From Bacteroides sp. SM23_62 (GTDB lineage: Bacteria; Bacteroidota; Bacteroidia; Bacteroidales; SM23-62): a DNA stretch of 60,035 bases. Location of the stretch: positions 1 to 60,035 of the forward strand of contig LJUP01000016.1 of the NCBI GenBank assembly GCA_001303955.1. Direction: 5' to 3'. Numbering within the stretch: position 1 is the stretch's first letter; the number at the start of each line of letters is the position of its first letter. Made by a program: the position numbers and the translations under genes. Positions 20,168-30,100 of the stretch are shown here, one piece after another. The notes under the pieces are model-generated. The model saw nothing but the letters and a program-made list of their open reading frames with translations. It searched no databases and was not told the origin of the DNA.

Positions 20168-21559
20168 TTATAAATGGATTACCTCGCCGTAGGCGGCGGC
20201 AGCGGCTTCCATCACTGCCTCCGACATCGTGGGATGTGGATGCACGGATTTGATCATTTCATAACCCGTAGTTTCCAGCTTCCTGGCCACGACAATTTCT
20301 GCGATCATTTCAGTCACATTCGCACCGATCATATGGGCTCCGAGAAGTTCACCATATTTGGCATCGAAGATCATTTTCACAAAACCGTCTTTTTGTCCGT
20401 CCGCATTTGCCTTACCGGATGCTGTATAGGGGAATTTCCCTACCTTGATCTCATAGCCGGCTTCCTTTGCAGCATTTTCCGTCAGCCCGACAGATGCGAC
20501 TTCCGGATTGGTATAGGTACAGGCAGGTATATTGGCGTAATCAATCGGTTCGGTATGGTGGCCGGCAATTTTTTCGACACAGAGGATGCCTTCGGCAGAG
20601 GCCTTATGAGCCAGTGCCGGTCCGGGTACAATATCCCCAATGGCATAGATCCCTTCCACATTGGTCCGCATGTATTCATCCACCTTTATCTTGCCGTTCT
20701 CTGTTTCAATTCCAAGACCTTCTAAACCAATGTCTTCAATATTGGAACTTATCCCAACTGCAGACAGCACAATGTCGACCTCAATTTCCTCTTCCCCTTT
20801 CCTGGTCTTGACTTTCACCTTGCATTTTTTCCCTTTCGTGTCAACTGATTCAACGGTGGAACCGGTCATGACCTTCATACCTGTCTTTTTAAATGACCGC
20901 TCCAGTTGTCTGGAAACTTCTTCATCCTCGAGGGGTACCACATTGGGCAGAACCTCCACAAGGGTCACCCCGGTTCCCATGCTGTTATAAAAATGAGCAA
21001 ATTCACTGCCTATGGCTCCTGATCCGACCACCAACATACTCTCGGGGAGTTCTGTCAGGCTCAGGGCCTGGCGGTACCCAATTATTTTTTTTCCATCGAT
21101 CCTCAAATTTGGCAACTCACGTGACCGGGCCCCGGTTGCCAGAATGATATGATCCGAATCGATACCGGTTTTTTTCCCATCCGAATGGGTAACCTCAACT
21201 TTATGCTGCCCGGCCAGTTTCCCCGTTCCTGTCAAAACCTCGACCTTGTTCTTCTTCAAGAGGAACTGGACCCCTTTGCTCATCCCGTCTGCCACTCCTC
21301 GGCTCCTTTTGATGATGGCTTCAAAATCAGGTTTGGCCTGGCCGCTGAGTGAGATCCCGTAATCCTCTGCATGCCTGAAATAATCATAGACAAGGGCACT
21401 TTTCAGGAGGGATTTGGTGGGTATACATCCCCAGTTCAGGCAAATGCCACCAAGATTTTCCCTTTCAACCACGCCTGTTTTAAGACCAAGCTGGGCTGCC
21501 CTGATCGCTGCCACATAGCCACCCGGACCGCTGCCGATTATTAGCACATCAAATTTCAT
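20168..21559 (-). CDS. lpdA: dihydrolipoyl dehydrogenase (E3)
   Basis: GSGPGGYVAAIRAAQLG FAD-binding site and redox disulfide GGICLNWGCIPTK. Confidence 0.93.
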   Translation of the reverse strand: MKFDVLIIGSGPGGYVAAIRAAQLGLKTGVVERENLGGICLNWGCIPTKSLLKSALVYDYFRHAEDYGISLSGQAKPDFEAIIKRSRGVADGMSKGVQFLLKKNKVEVLTGTGKLAGQHKVEVTHSDGKKTGIDSDHIILATGARSRELPNLRIDGKKIIGYRQALSLTELPESMLVVGSGAIGSEFAHFYNSMGTGVTLVEVLPNVVPLEDEEVSRQLERSFKKTGMKVMTGSTVESVDTKGKKCKVKVKTRKGEEEIEVDIVLSAVGISSNIEDIGLEGLGIETENGKIKVDEYMRTNVEGIYAIGDIVPGPALAHKASAEGILCVEKIAGHHTEPIDYANIPACTYTNPEVASVGLTENAAKEAGYEIKVGKFPYTASGKANADGQKDGFVKMIFDAKYGELLGAHMIGANVTEMIAEIVVARKLETTGYEMIKSVHPHPTMSEAVMEAAAAAYGEVIHL

Positions 21560-21714
21560 CTATTGGATTTTTTAAGAGTTATATGTCTTTTATTACAATC
21601 TGACAAAATTAGGAGAAAATCCGGTGATATTAAAATAAATGTTTTGTTCATAAAAAGGTCAACCCGGTACCTAATATGTTCATATTTTTGTAATTATGCA
21701 TGGTGGTTAATGTC

Positions 21715-23184
21715 ATGAGGATCCGTCCATTACTTATCATATCAGCATTGCTCTGCCTGATCCTGCCTGGTGAGGTATCTGCACAGGAACAGGTTTCCAT
21801 TGACAGCCTGGTATCACTTCTTGAATCGACTGAAGGGAAAGAACACCTGCAAATCCTCTATAAACTATCAGAAAACCGGTGGTTGTCCTTCGAGGACAGG
21901 CTTTCCTATACTGAAGATGCCATTGATTTTGCTGCCAGGTCAGGCGAAATCAGGTGGTTATACGATGCCCATCTTCACCAGGGCAAAGTCTTCAGCCGTG
22001 AGGCAATGGACCAGGAAGCCCTGGAATCATTTCAAAAAGCCCTGAAGATCAGCGAGGAATCCGCAGATGATGATGGTATCATTAATTCCCTGTTCTGGAT
22101 TGGTAAGACATACTCCTGGCTGAGGGACCCGGAAATGGCCTCTGCATACCTGAACCGAACAAGGAACATGGCTGCCGAAACAAGGAATGATCCCATGGAG
22201 ACGGATGCGCTCTACTGGCTGGGTGAATCAAACCGCCGGTTCAGGGAGTACGAGGGTGCGATGGCATATTATGATACAGCGTATGCGATGGCGGAAGCAT
22301 CCGGATCCGGAAAGATGATGGCCGAGATCAATGCTTCCCAGGGAATGGTCATGTATTACCAGGGAGAATTCCTGCAGGCTATCGGTTATTACGAAAAAGC
22401 CATCGGGCTCAATCATGAGCTGGGCGATGAGGAAAGCGAGTCAAGCAACCTCCTGCGCCTGGCCAACGCCAATTACCAACTGGCCAGGTACGATATTGCC
22501 CTGGGGCATTATCAGCAGGCCCTGTCCATTTTTGAAAAAATCAATCATCAAGCCGGTATGATTGCCGTCCTGAATGGCATGGCGCTGATCTATTTCAGCC
22601 AGGAGCAATTTGATAAGGCCCTTGAAACCCACCTCACACTGCTCAATATGAACCGTGCAAGGCAAGACCAGGAGGAAATTGGCAGAAGCCTGCACAATAT
22701 CGGAACGGTATATAATAAGATGGCCGGAGACTCACTTATTGCCAGGTTCGGGGATTTTTACATGGATTCCATCAAGACTGAGCCCTCAGATAAATACCTG
22801 GATCTGTTCAGGGAAGCACTGGATTATTACGAGCAGGCCCTGGAGGTATGGGAAGGGGAAGATTACAAAGAGGGGATAAAAGGTTCCCTGCATAATATAG
22901 GTATCATCTATTTGACTGCCGGAAAGCCTGATATGGCGTTACCTTACCTGCGGCGGGCCCTGTCACTTGCCCAGGAATTGAACGACAGGGCGGTTGAATC
23001 AAGCATTTACCTTCGCCTGGGACAGGTCTACCTCCTGTTTGAAAATTATGGCAGGGCTGCGGATTACCTGAACCGGTCGCTGGAACTTGGCCCTGACTTA
23101 TTTCAAGCTCCATTCCGCCATCAAGGATACCTTGACCAAGAAGGAGAGACTGGAACAGATCACGGAAATGCAGGTAAAGTATGA
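21715..23184 (+). CDS. TPR-repeat sensor domain protein (N-terminal part of a split TPR/PP2C gene)
   Basis: Signal peptide (MRIRPLLIISALLCLILPGEVSAQ) and more than 8 TPR-like repeats (AIGYYEKAIGL, ALGHYQQALSIF, ALDYYEQALEVW...). The last roughly 30 codons look like out-of-frame read-through. Confidence 0.7.
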   Translation: MRIRPLLIISALLCLILPGEVSAQEQVSIDSLVSLLESTEGKEHLQILYKLSENRWLSFEDRLSYTEDAIDFAARSGEIRWLYDAHLHQGKVFSREAMDQEALESFQKALKISEESADDDGIINSLFWIGKTYSWLRDPEMASAYLNRTRNMAAETRNDPMETDALYWLGESNRRFREYEGAMAYYDTAYAMAEASGSGKMMAEINASQGMVMYYQGEFLQAIGYYEKAIGLNHELGDEESESSNLLRLANANYQLARYDIALGHYQQALSIFEKINHQAGMIAVLNGMALIYFSQEQFDKALETHLTLLNMNRARQDQEEIGRSLHNIGTVYNKMAGDSLIARFGDFYMDSIKTEPSDKYLDLFREALDYYEQALEVWEGEDYKEGIKGSLHNIGIIYLTAGKPDMALPYLRRALSLAQELNDRAVESSIYLRLGQVYLLFENYGRAADYLNRSLELGPDLFQAPFRHQGYLDQEGETGTDHGNAGKV

Positions 23185-24157
23185 GACCGAAGCCACTGAA
23201 AAGGAAAATGCACTCTTGCTGGCCGAGTCGGAACTGGCAGATACCAGGCTGCGACAGACGAGGATCATTCTGACGATAACCATCATCGCCATCGTTGTCT
23301 TTCTCATCATGGTGGTCCAGTTGATCCGTGCAAACAACCTGAAGAAAAAAGCCAACACCGAACTGGCACAGAAAAATACACTGATCACCGAACAGAAAAA
23401 AGAGATCACGGACAGTATACAGTATGCCAGCCGGATACAGAATGCCATGCTTCCACCCGGTGATTATCTTGACAACCTGCTCCCTGAACGTTTTATCATA
23501 TTCGAGCCACGGGATATTGTAAGTGGTGATTTTTATTATATCACAGAAAAGGACGGAAAGGTCATATGCGTAGTAGCGGATTGTACCGGACACGGTGTGC
23601 CGGGCGCCTTTATGAGTATGCTGGGGATTTCCTTCCTGAATGAGATCATCAGCAAGCATCGTGACCTGCCCCATAGCAACGAGATCCTGGAGGAACTCCG
23701 GGGCCATGTGATCAAATCCCTGCACCAGACCGGAAAAATGGGAGAAAGCCAGGATGGCATGGACCTGGCCTTGTACATCATAGATATGAAAGCCAGGAAG
23801 ATGGAATTTTCCGGTGCCAATAATTCATTGTGGATGTTCCGCAACGGTCAATTGATCGAGAAAAAGGCAGACAAGATGCCCATCGGCATCTACGGCCATA
23901 TTGATAAGCCATTTACCCGGCATGACATTGATTTGCGTATTGGAGATATGGTCTACGCATTTTCAGATGGTTATTATGACCAGTTCGGCGGTCCCATGCA
24001 GAAGAAATTCATGATCAAGAATTTCAGGGAAATGTTGATTCAAATCCATAACAAACCCGTGAAGGACCAGAAAAGGATTATGGTTGAGACCCTGGAGCAA
24101 TGGATGGCAGATAACAGCCAGGTTGATGATATCCTGGTGGTAGGTGTCAGGGTGTGA
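23087..24157 (+). CDS. coiled-coil / TM / PP2C (SpoIIE-type) phosphatase domain (C-terminal part of the split gene)
   Basis: One TM helix (IILTITIIAIVVFLIMVVQLI), then ASRIQNAMLP...SGDFYY...ADCTGHGVPGAFMSM...FSDGYYDQFGG, typical of PP2C/SpoIIE. The ORF opens just after a stop at 23069 and has only a TTG start. Confidence 0.75.
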   Translation: MALTYFKLHSAIKDTLTKKERLEQITEMQVKYETEATEKENALLLAESELADTRLRQTRIILTITIIAIVVFLIMVVQLIRANNLKKKANTELAQKNTLITEQKKEITDSIQYASRIQNAMLPPGDYLDNLLPERFIIFEPRDIVSGDFYYITEKDGKVICVVADCTGHGVPGAFMSMLGISFLNEIISKHRDLPHSNEILEELRGHVIKSLHQTGKMGESQDGMDLALYIIDMKARKMEFSGANNSLWMFRNGQLIEKKADKMPIGIYGHIDKPFTRHDIDLRIGDMVYAFSDGYYDQFGGPMQKKFMIKNFREMLIQIHNKPVKDQKRIMVETLEQWMADNSQVDDILVVGVRV

Positions 24158-24164
24158 AATTTCA

Positions 24165-24227
24165 TCAATGCTGTGTGCAGGCCGAGAGAATGGCCAATCC
24201 AGCCATGATATAGACAAATTTTTTCAT
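24165..24227 (-). other. 20-codon ORF encoding only a lipoprotein signal peptide (MKKFVYIMAGLAILSACTQH*)
   Basis: Hand translation of the minus strand: ATG at 24225-24227, lipobox LSAC, TGA at 24165-24167. Either a gene remnant or a micropeptide. Confidence 0.25.
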
Positions 24228-24289
24228 GTTGAACCGGGTCTTGGTTTGGTGAGCGAACGTAATTAAAAAATCTAAAAGAAGCATTGCTC

Positions 24290-25378
24290 TCAGGCGGGGA
24301 GGTATTCCTTGAGAATCTCCATCGCTGCGTGAAAGGAACTGATGCTGCCTTCCATCACTCTTTTTTCAAGCAGTTCCAGTTTTTTGGCAATCTGAGGACG
24401 TGCATAGAAATGGGATTGCAGGGATTCATGGATGAATTCATACATCCAGTATTTGGATTGCCTGCTTCTTTTCTGACTGAAATAGCCATTCGTCCGGGCA
24501 AAGCTGACATACCCCTCAATCGCCTGCCAGATTTCAGTAATCCCGCTATGTTCAATGGATGAGCAGGTCAGGACCCTCGGGGTCCAGCCGGATTCGGAAG
24601 GAGGAAACAGATGTAAGGCATTTGTGTATTCTGTACTTGCCCGTTCCGCTCTCTCTTTATTGGCCCCGTCTGCCTTGGTGATGGCAATCAAATCTGCCAT
24701 TTCCATGATGCCCCTTTTGATCCCCTGGAGTTCATCCCCCGCACCCGCGAGCATGAGCAGGAGGAAAAAGTCAACCATGGAATGCACCGTGGTCTCGGAT
24801 TGGCCAACCCCGACCGTCTCGACAAAGATCACATCATAGCCTGCTGCTTCGCATAATATGATCGATTCACGGGTTTTCCTGGCAACCCCTCCCAGGGATC
24901 CTCCTGCCGGTGAAGGGCGAATGAAGGCATGCTCATCGGCGGACAGGTCCTCCATCCTGGTTTTATCCCCGAGGATACTTCCCCCTGACCGCTCACTCGA
25001 TGGATCGATGGCCAGCACTGCCAGCTTTTTACCAGAGGCCGTTATACGGGTCCCCAGAGATTCAATAAAGGTACTCTTTCCTACCCCGGGTACACCGGTT
25101 ATGCCAACCCTCACAGAGTCTCCGGCATGGGGCAGGCTGTTTTTTATGATGTCCCGGGCAAGCTCCTGGTGCTCCGGTAAGGCACTTTCGATAATGGTTA
25201 TGGCCTGGCTGAGCAGGGATCGGTCCCCATTGATTATCCCTTCCACGTATGCTCCCGCATCAAGCAATTGTTTGCGGTGCTTACGGATTTTATTGACCGC
25301 TTCGGGATTGATGGGTCCGGGTGGTTCAATTCCGGGTTTAACCTTCAGGGTTTTGTGCTGCTTCTTCCCGCCTGTCAT
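24290..25378 (-). CDS. meaB: methylmalonyl-CoA mutase-associated G3E GTPase MeaB/ArgK
   Basis: GITGVPGVGKSTFIESLG P-loop, VETVGVGQSE, and ITKADG (NKxD-like). Confidence 0.85.
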   Translation of the reverse strand: MTGGKKQHKTLKVKPGIEPPGPINPEAVNKIRKHRKQLLDAGAYVEGIINGDRSLLSQAITIIESALPEHQELARDIIKNSLPHAGDSVRVGITGVPGVGKSTFIESLGTRITASGKKLAVLAIDPSSERSGGSILGDKTRMEDLSADEHAFIRPSPAGGSLGGVARKTRESIILCEAAGYDVIFVETVGVGQSETTVHSMVDFFLLLMLAGAGDELQGIKRGIMEMADLIAITKADGANKERAERASTEYTNALHLFPPSESGWTPRVLTCSSIEHSGITEIWQAIEGYVSFARTNGYFSQKRSRQSKYWMYEFIHESLQSHFYARPQIAKKLELLEKRVMEGSISSFHAAMEILKEYLPA

Positions 25379-25439
25379 ATTGCTTCATCACTTGATGAAG
25401 TGAAATTAATAAAAAACAGCCAGCTACAACATTATCTTC

Positions 25440-25784
25440 TCAGGTGAAGTGCCTGTCCAGTATGTCCGCGACCTGTTCTTTGGACTGTATGCCTGAGGTG
25501 GCCTCTACCACTTTCCCGTTTTTATAATAAACGTTGAATGGCAGTCCCATAAAGCCCCGGCATTCCGGAAGTCCCCTGATGACATGTGCATCCGGGGCAT
25601 CAAAGGCAAAGTCCCGGAAAGCAACCTGTGGATGGCTGGATTCCAGTTCTATCATGGCCCGGTAAACCGGTATACACATGGGCCCCATGCGGCCGCAGCT
25701 GATCATTACATTTTCATGCTCACGAAGCAGTGCATCATATTGTTCAGCCGTCTCAATGTGCTTCAGGTTGGTTTGCAAAATCAT
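25440..25784 (-). CDS. thioredoxin-fold protein with atypical Cys motif
   Basis: 114 aa. Thioredoxin-like layout, but the active site reads SCGRMGPMC (C-x6-C) where WCGPC is expected. A cis-Pro-like LPF lies later in the sequence. Confidence 0.5.
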   Translation of the reverse strand: MILQTNLKHIETAEQYDALLREHENVMISCGRMGPMCIPVYRAMIELESSHPQVAFRDFAFDAPDAHVIRGLPECRGFMGLPFNVYYKNGKVVEATSGIQSKEQVADILDRHFT

Positions 25785-25862
25785 TTTGAAATATATTAAT
25801 ATATGTAGATTAATGAATATATAACCCGCTAAAGAAGGGCTGTATTAAACAGCCCTGGTATC

Positions 25863-26951
25863 TCAGGATTGGGTCACCGTTCCTTTCACCCATAAAATAG
25901 TTCTTGAATGTGAGGGATCATTCGAGATAATGGTTATGGTCTTGTTCTGCTTGCCTACCTTTCCCGCGCTGTTGAAGATCACCCTCATGGTGGTGCTCCC
26001 GCCGGCGGCGATCACCCTGTCTTCCGGACTGACGGCAGTGCAGCCGCAGCTGGCCTGGACCTTGCGGATGATCAGGTCAGATTTACCGTTGTTCGTGATG
26101 GTAAATACATGTTCCACCTTCTCTCCCTGCTTGATCTCCTCGAATTCAAAAGTGTTTTCACTGAAAGCTATTTTGGGGGCACTGGCCTTTTGTTCAGCCG
26201 TCATGCTGGCAAAATCCTCTTCGACGGTGGCACTGACAGTCAGGCGGTTTGATGACTTATACTCGCCATCCAGCATCACATCCACCCGGTCAACCAGGAA
26301 ACCCCAGTCATCTTTCACTCTGGAATCATAAACACCTTCAATGATCCCTTCCTGGCCTGGTTCCAGCATTGCCGGCTTCGCGCTCAGGGAAAGATGTGGA
26401 GGCACCCGGTTGAAGGTAACCTTGACAGGTTTATCCGATACATTCACTATCTCCACACGCTGTGTTCCTTTCTGGTCCTTGACCACACGTGCAAAACTCA
26501 TATGATTGGTTTTCAGCCGGATCTTGTCCATGCTGAACCGGTAAATATCTTCCAGGGATTTCGGCTTCGGGATCACATCCCCCCTGATGGTAAGCACCTT
26601 GTTTGGTGTGGTGGCGTTGGAAACCACCGTAATGGTTTTACTGAATGGACCCGGCCTGTTCTTTGGATTGTATGTAGCACTTACAAAACCTTTCTTACCG
26701 GGCAGCACTGGCTCTTTAGACCAGTTCGGGGAAGTACACCCACAACTGGCATGAACCTGCTTGATCATCAGGGGAAGACTGCCTGTATTGGTAAAACCGA
26801 AATTTACGGTCACGGCACCGTCAGCTTCATTAATCTTTCCAAAATCATGCACCTCGCTATCGAAGGAAATATTCGCATCCTTGGTCTGTGCGTTGACAAA
26901 CAGGCAGGGAAACAATAAAATCAAAGTCAGGAATATAATCTTGTTTTGCAT
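25863..26951 (-). CDS. DUF1573-domain secreted protein (two DUF1573 modules)
   Basis: Signal peptide. Two modules carry HDFGKI...F.FTN.G...L.I..V.ASCGCT (ASCGCTSP and ASCGCTAV). Confidence 0.7.
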   Translation of the reverse strand: MQNKIIFLTLILLFPCLFVNAQTKDANISFDSEVHDFGKINEADGAVTVNFGFTNTGSLPLMIKQVHASCGCTSPNWSKEPVLPGKKGFVSATYNPKNRPGPFSKTITVVSNATTPNKVLTIRGDVIPKPKSLEDIYRFSMDKIRLKTNHMSFARVVKDQKGTQRVEIVNVSDKPVKVTFNRVPPHLSLSAKPAMLEPGQEGIIEGVYDSRVKDDWGFLVDRVDVMLDGEYKSSNRLTVSATVEEDFASMTAEQKASAPKIAFSENTFEFEEIKQGEKVEHVFTITNNGKSDLIIRKVQASCGCTAVSPEDRVIAAGGSTTMRVIFNSAGKVGKQNKTITIISNDPSHSRTILWVKGTVTQS

Positions 26952-27072
26952 CTGTTAAATGTTTTAAATCATCCTTGCGATTATCTGAATTTAGCCTTAT
27001 TCCGGCATAACAAAAATAGTAAATATCTGTTTGTATATACATGTACGACCATTTTTCAATTGCAAAGGTTGC

Positions 27073-27105
27073 TTGTTAATAATGAACAAAATATCCTTAA
27101 CTTTG
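27073..27105 (+). promoter_or_regulatory. candidate Bacteroidota sigma-A promoter (-33 TTG / -7 TAACTTTG)
   Basis: TAACTTTG at 27098-27105 matches TAnnTTTG. A TTG lies 22 nt upstream. The ATG is 35 nt downstream. Confidence 0.3.
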
Positions 27106-27139
27106 CTCCTTACAGGTAAAGGAGGGAACCACCCGTACC

Positions 27140-30100
27140 ATGAACGGAATTGTTAAAAAATATAGTGTCCTTGTCATCTTTTTCCTGCTGCTGGTTACAC
27201 AATTATCGGGCCAGTTCTATTACGGTACCCAGATGACCTTTGGCAAGAACAGGGTTCAGTTCAATGATTTCTACTGGTATTTTTACCGTTACGAGAAGTT
27301 TGATGCCTATTTCAATCAATCCGGGAAAGCAATCGCCAATTACACTGCCGATTTCCTGTCGGAAGAGATCGAACATGCCGAAGAATTTTTTGATTATACC
27401 CTTGAAAAACGGTTGATTTTCATTGTTTACAACAAGCTTACTGATTTCAGACAGAGCAACATAGGATTGGTTTCGGGCAGGGAGGAAACCAACACGGGGG
27501 GCATTACCAAGGTGATCCGGAACAAGGTATTCGTCTATTTTAACGGGGATCATAAGGAATTTGAGCAGCAGATCAGCGCAGCAATCGGGGAGGTGGTCAT
27601 TAACGAAATGCTATACGGTAATGAGTTCCGGGAAAACCTGACCAATTCAACCCTGATCAACCTGCCGGACTGGTATACCAAAGGATTGATTTCATACTTG
27701 TCGAGGGACTGGGATTTTGAAATTGAGAACCGGGTGAAGGATGGTATCCTGACAGGTGAATTTGAAAGGTTTAACTGGCTCACCGGCGAGGATGCCATGC
27801 ATGCAGGGCATTCTTTCTGGAAATATGTTGCGGAGACTTATGGGGAATCTGTCATTCCGAACATCATTTACCTTACACGTATCAATAAGAATGCGAACAG
27901 TGGCTTTCTTTATGTCCTTGGCTTTTCGATCAAGGATCTGTCTTATGACTGGATGGCATATTACCTTGACCAGTATGATGAAAGCAGGACAGAAAGAGAG
28001 TTGCCAGCATCGGGTAAGATCATCAGAAAACCCAATAAGAAAAGGGTTTATAACGAGATAAAGATGAGTCCGGATGGTAATTATATCGCCTATACCACCA
28101 ATGAACTTGGACAGTATAAGATTTTTTTACATGATACACGTACCGGTAAGACCAAGCGGCTGCTGAAGCGGGAACACCGGCTTGACCAGATCCCGGATTA
28201 TACTTATCCCATATTGGCATGGCACCCTACCAGCAGGATCCTTTCATTTATCACCGAGGAAAAAGGCGGATTACGCCTTTATTATTATATGCTTGATGAC
28301 AGGAATCTGACAGACAGGAACCTGGTATTTTTTGAAAAAGTCCTGGATTTTGATTATTCGGATGACGGGTTTAAAATCGTGCTTTCGGGGATCAACAGGG
28401 GGCAAACAGATATATATGTCCACACCATTGCTGCCGGGACCAACGAGCGGTTGACAAACGACATTTATGATGATTTCAATCCCAGGTTCATAAACCATTC
28501 CAAACAGATCATTTTCAGCTCGAACCGACCCCAGGATACGACAGAATACCATGTTGAAGGAGAACCATTGAACAGCCGCTACCTGCCGCATAATCTTTAT
28601 GTGATCGATTATGCCACACGCCAGAAAAAGATCAGTAAGGTTTCAGAACACCATTTTATCAACGATGTACAGCCCTTTGCCATCGGCAATAATAAATTCA
28701 CCTACCTGAGCGATGCGAATGGACTGATAAACAGGTATGTGGCGGATTATGACAGCACGATAAGCTTCATCGACACAACCACCCATTACCGGTATTATTC
28801 GCAAACCCATCCCATTACCAATTATAAACGGAACATCCTGGAGCATGATGTCAATCCTGAAACAGGGGAATACGCTGAGATCGTCTTCCATGATAACCGG
28901 TATTATATGTACAAGGATGAACTGGACCCCATGCCCGATGCCTTTGGAGGAGAATTTACCAATACGGCTTTCCGGGAGTCGCATACAGCCAAGCTTAGGA
29001 AGATCGACAGCCTGAAAAGTGTGAAAAAGGAAGTGATCGCCATCCAGGAAATAGTGGACAACCAGATCATCACACAGTCCGCCGACACCATTGATCTCGA
29101 CAGGCAGATGATCGATATCAACAATTACGTCTTTGAGCTTGAAAAGCTTAATTATTATAATGAAAAGTTTGCCGAAGATAACCTGAACCTGGTCATGGAT
29201 ACAAACGCTTTTATACGGCCTCCGCCAAGAATATATGAAACTGCATTCTATACAAATTATGTGGCCAGCCAGATAGATTTCAGCTTTTTGAACGCCTCCT
29301 ACCAGACCTTTACAGGGGGTGCTGTCTATTATAATCCCGGTTTCAACCTGATGTTCAAACTGGGCACAAATGATCTTTTTGAAGATTATAAAATAACCGC
29401 CGGGGTCAGGCTTGCTGCAGATTTCGACAGCAATGAATACCTGCTCAGTTTCGAGAATCTCAAACGAAGGCTTAATAAACAGCTGATTTTTCACCGGCAG
29501 GTATTTAAAAACAGGTGGGAGCGCGCCTATTTCAAATCCTTCTCCCACAACCTGATGTTCAAATTGCGCTGGCCGTTTAACCAGGTTTCAGCATTCGAGG
29601 GGACCATCAACGGGCGGTATGACAATTACGTTTTCCTAGCCACTGAACTCAAGTACCTGAACGAGGAAAATATACAGAATTTCTGGGGTGGACTCAACCT
29701 GGCCTATATTTTTGACAATACCAGGTATATGGGCCAGAACCTTCACCACGGAACACGGCTGAAACTATTCGTTGAAGGCTATCAGCAGTTTAACGACAAG
29801 ATGTGGGATCTTTATTCTGTGGGACTGGATGCCAGGCATTATGTGAAAATACACCGGACACTGATCTGGGCAAACCGTTTCGCCACTGCATCCTCATTCG
29901 GCAGAAGCCGGATCATTTACTACCTGGGAAGCGTGGATAACTGGATTAATTTCTCTTCGAAGGTGCAGCAGTTCGACCAGAGCATCCCCATAGATTACAG
30001 CAAGAATTATTCCTACCAGACCCTGGCGACAAATATGCGGGGATTTACCCAGAACATCCGCAACGGGGATAAATTTGCCGTTTTCAATACCGAATTGCGC

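Noticed and set aside
21683-21690. TATTTTTG (TAnnTTTG) box upstream of the TPR gene
   Set aside because: No TTG/TTTG -33 element lies at a 17-23-nt spacing; the nearest is 36 nt away. The box is only 10 nt from the first ATG. I did not consider it good enough to list as a promoter.
22904-23725. 273-aa minus-strand ORF crossing the TPR/PP2C junction
   Set aside because: It is antisense to recognisable TPR and PP2C motifs. It does not explain the frameshift and has no family resemblance.
27106-27124. Hairpin CTCCTT-acaggta-AAGGAG that would sequester an AGGAGG upstream of the 1095-aa gene
   Set aside because: The best promoter candidate (-7 box at 27098-27105) would place the transcription start inside the hairpin. 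Bacteroidota translation generally does not depend on Shine-Dalgarno pairing. The stem is only 6 bp.
28643-29548. 301-aa minus-strand ORF inside the 1095-aa outer-membrane protein gene
   Set aside because: It is an antisense shadow ORF. The sense frame is continuous over 3.3 kb with a signal peptide and an OMP C-terminus.
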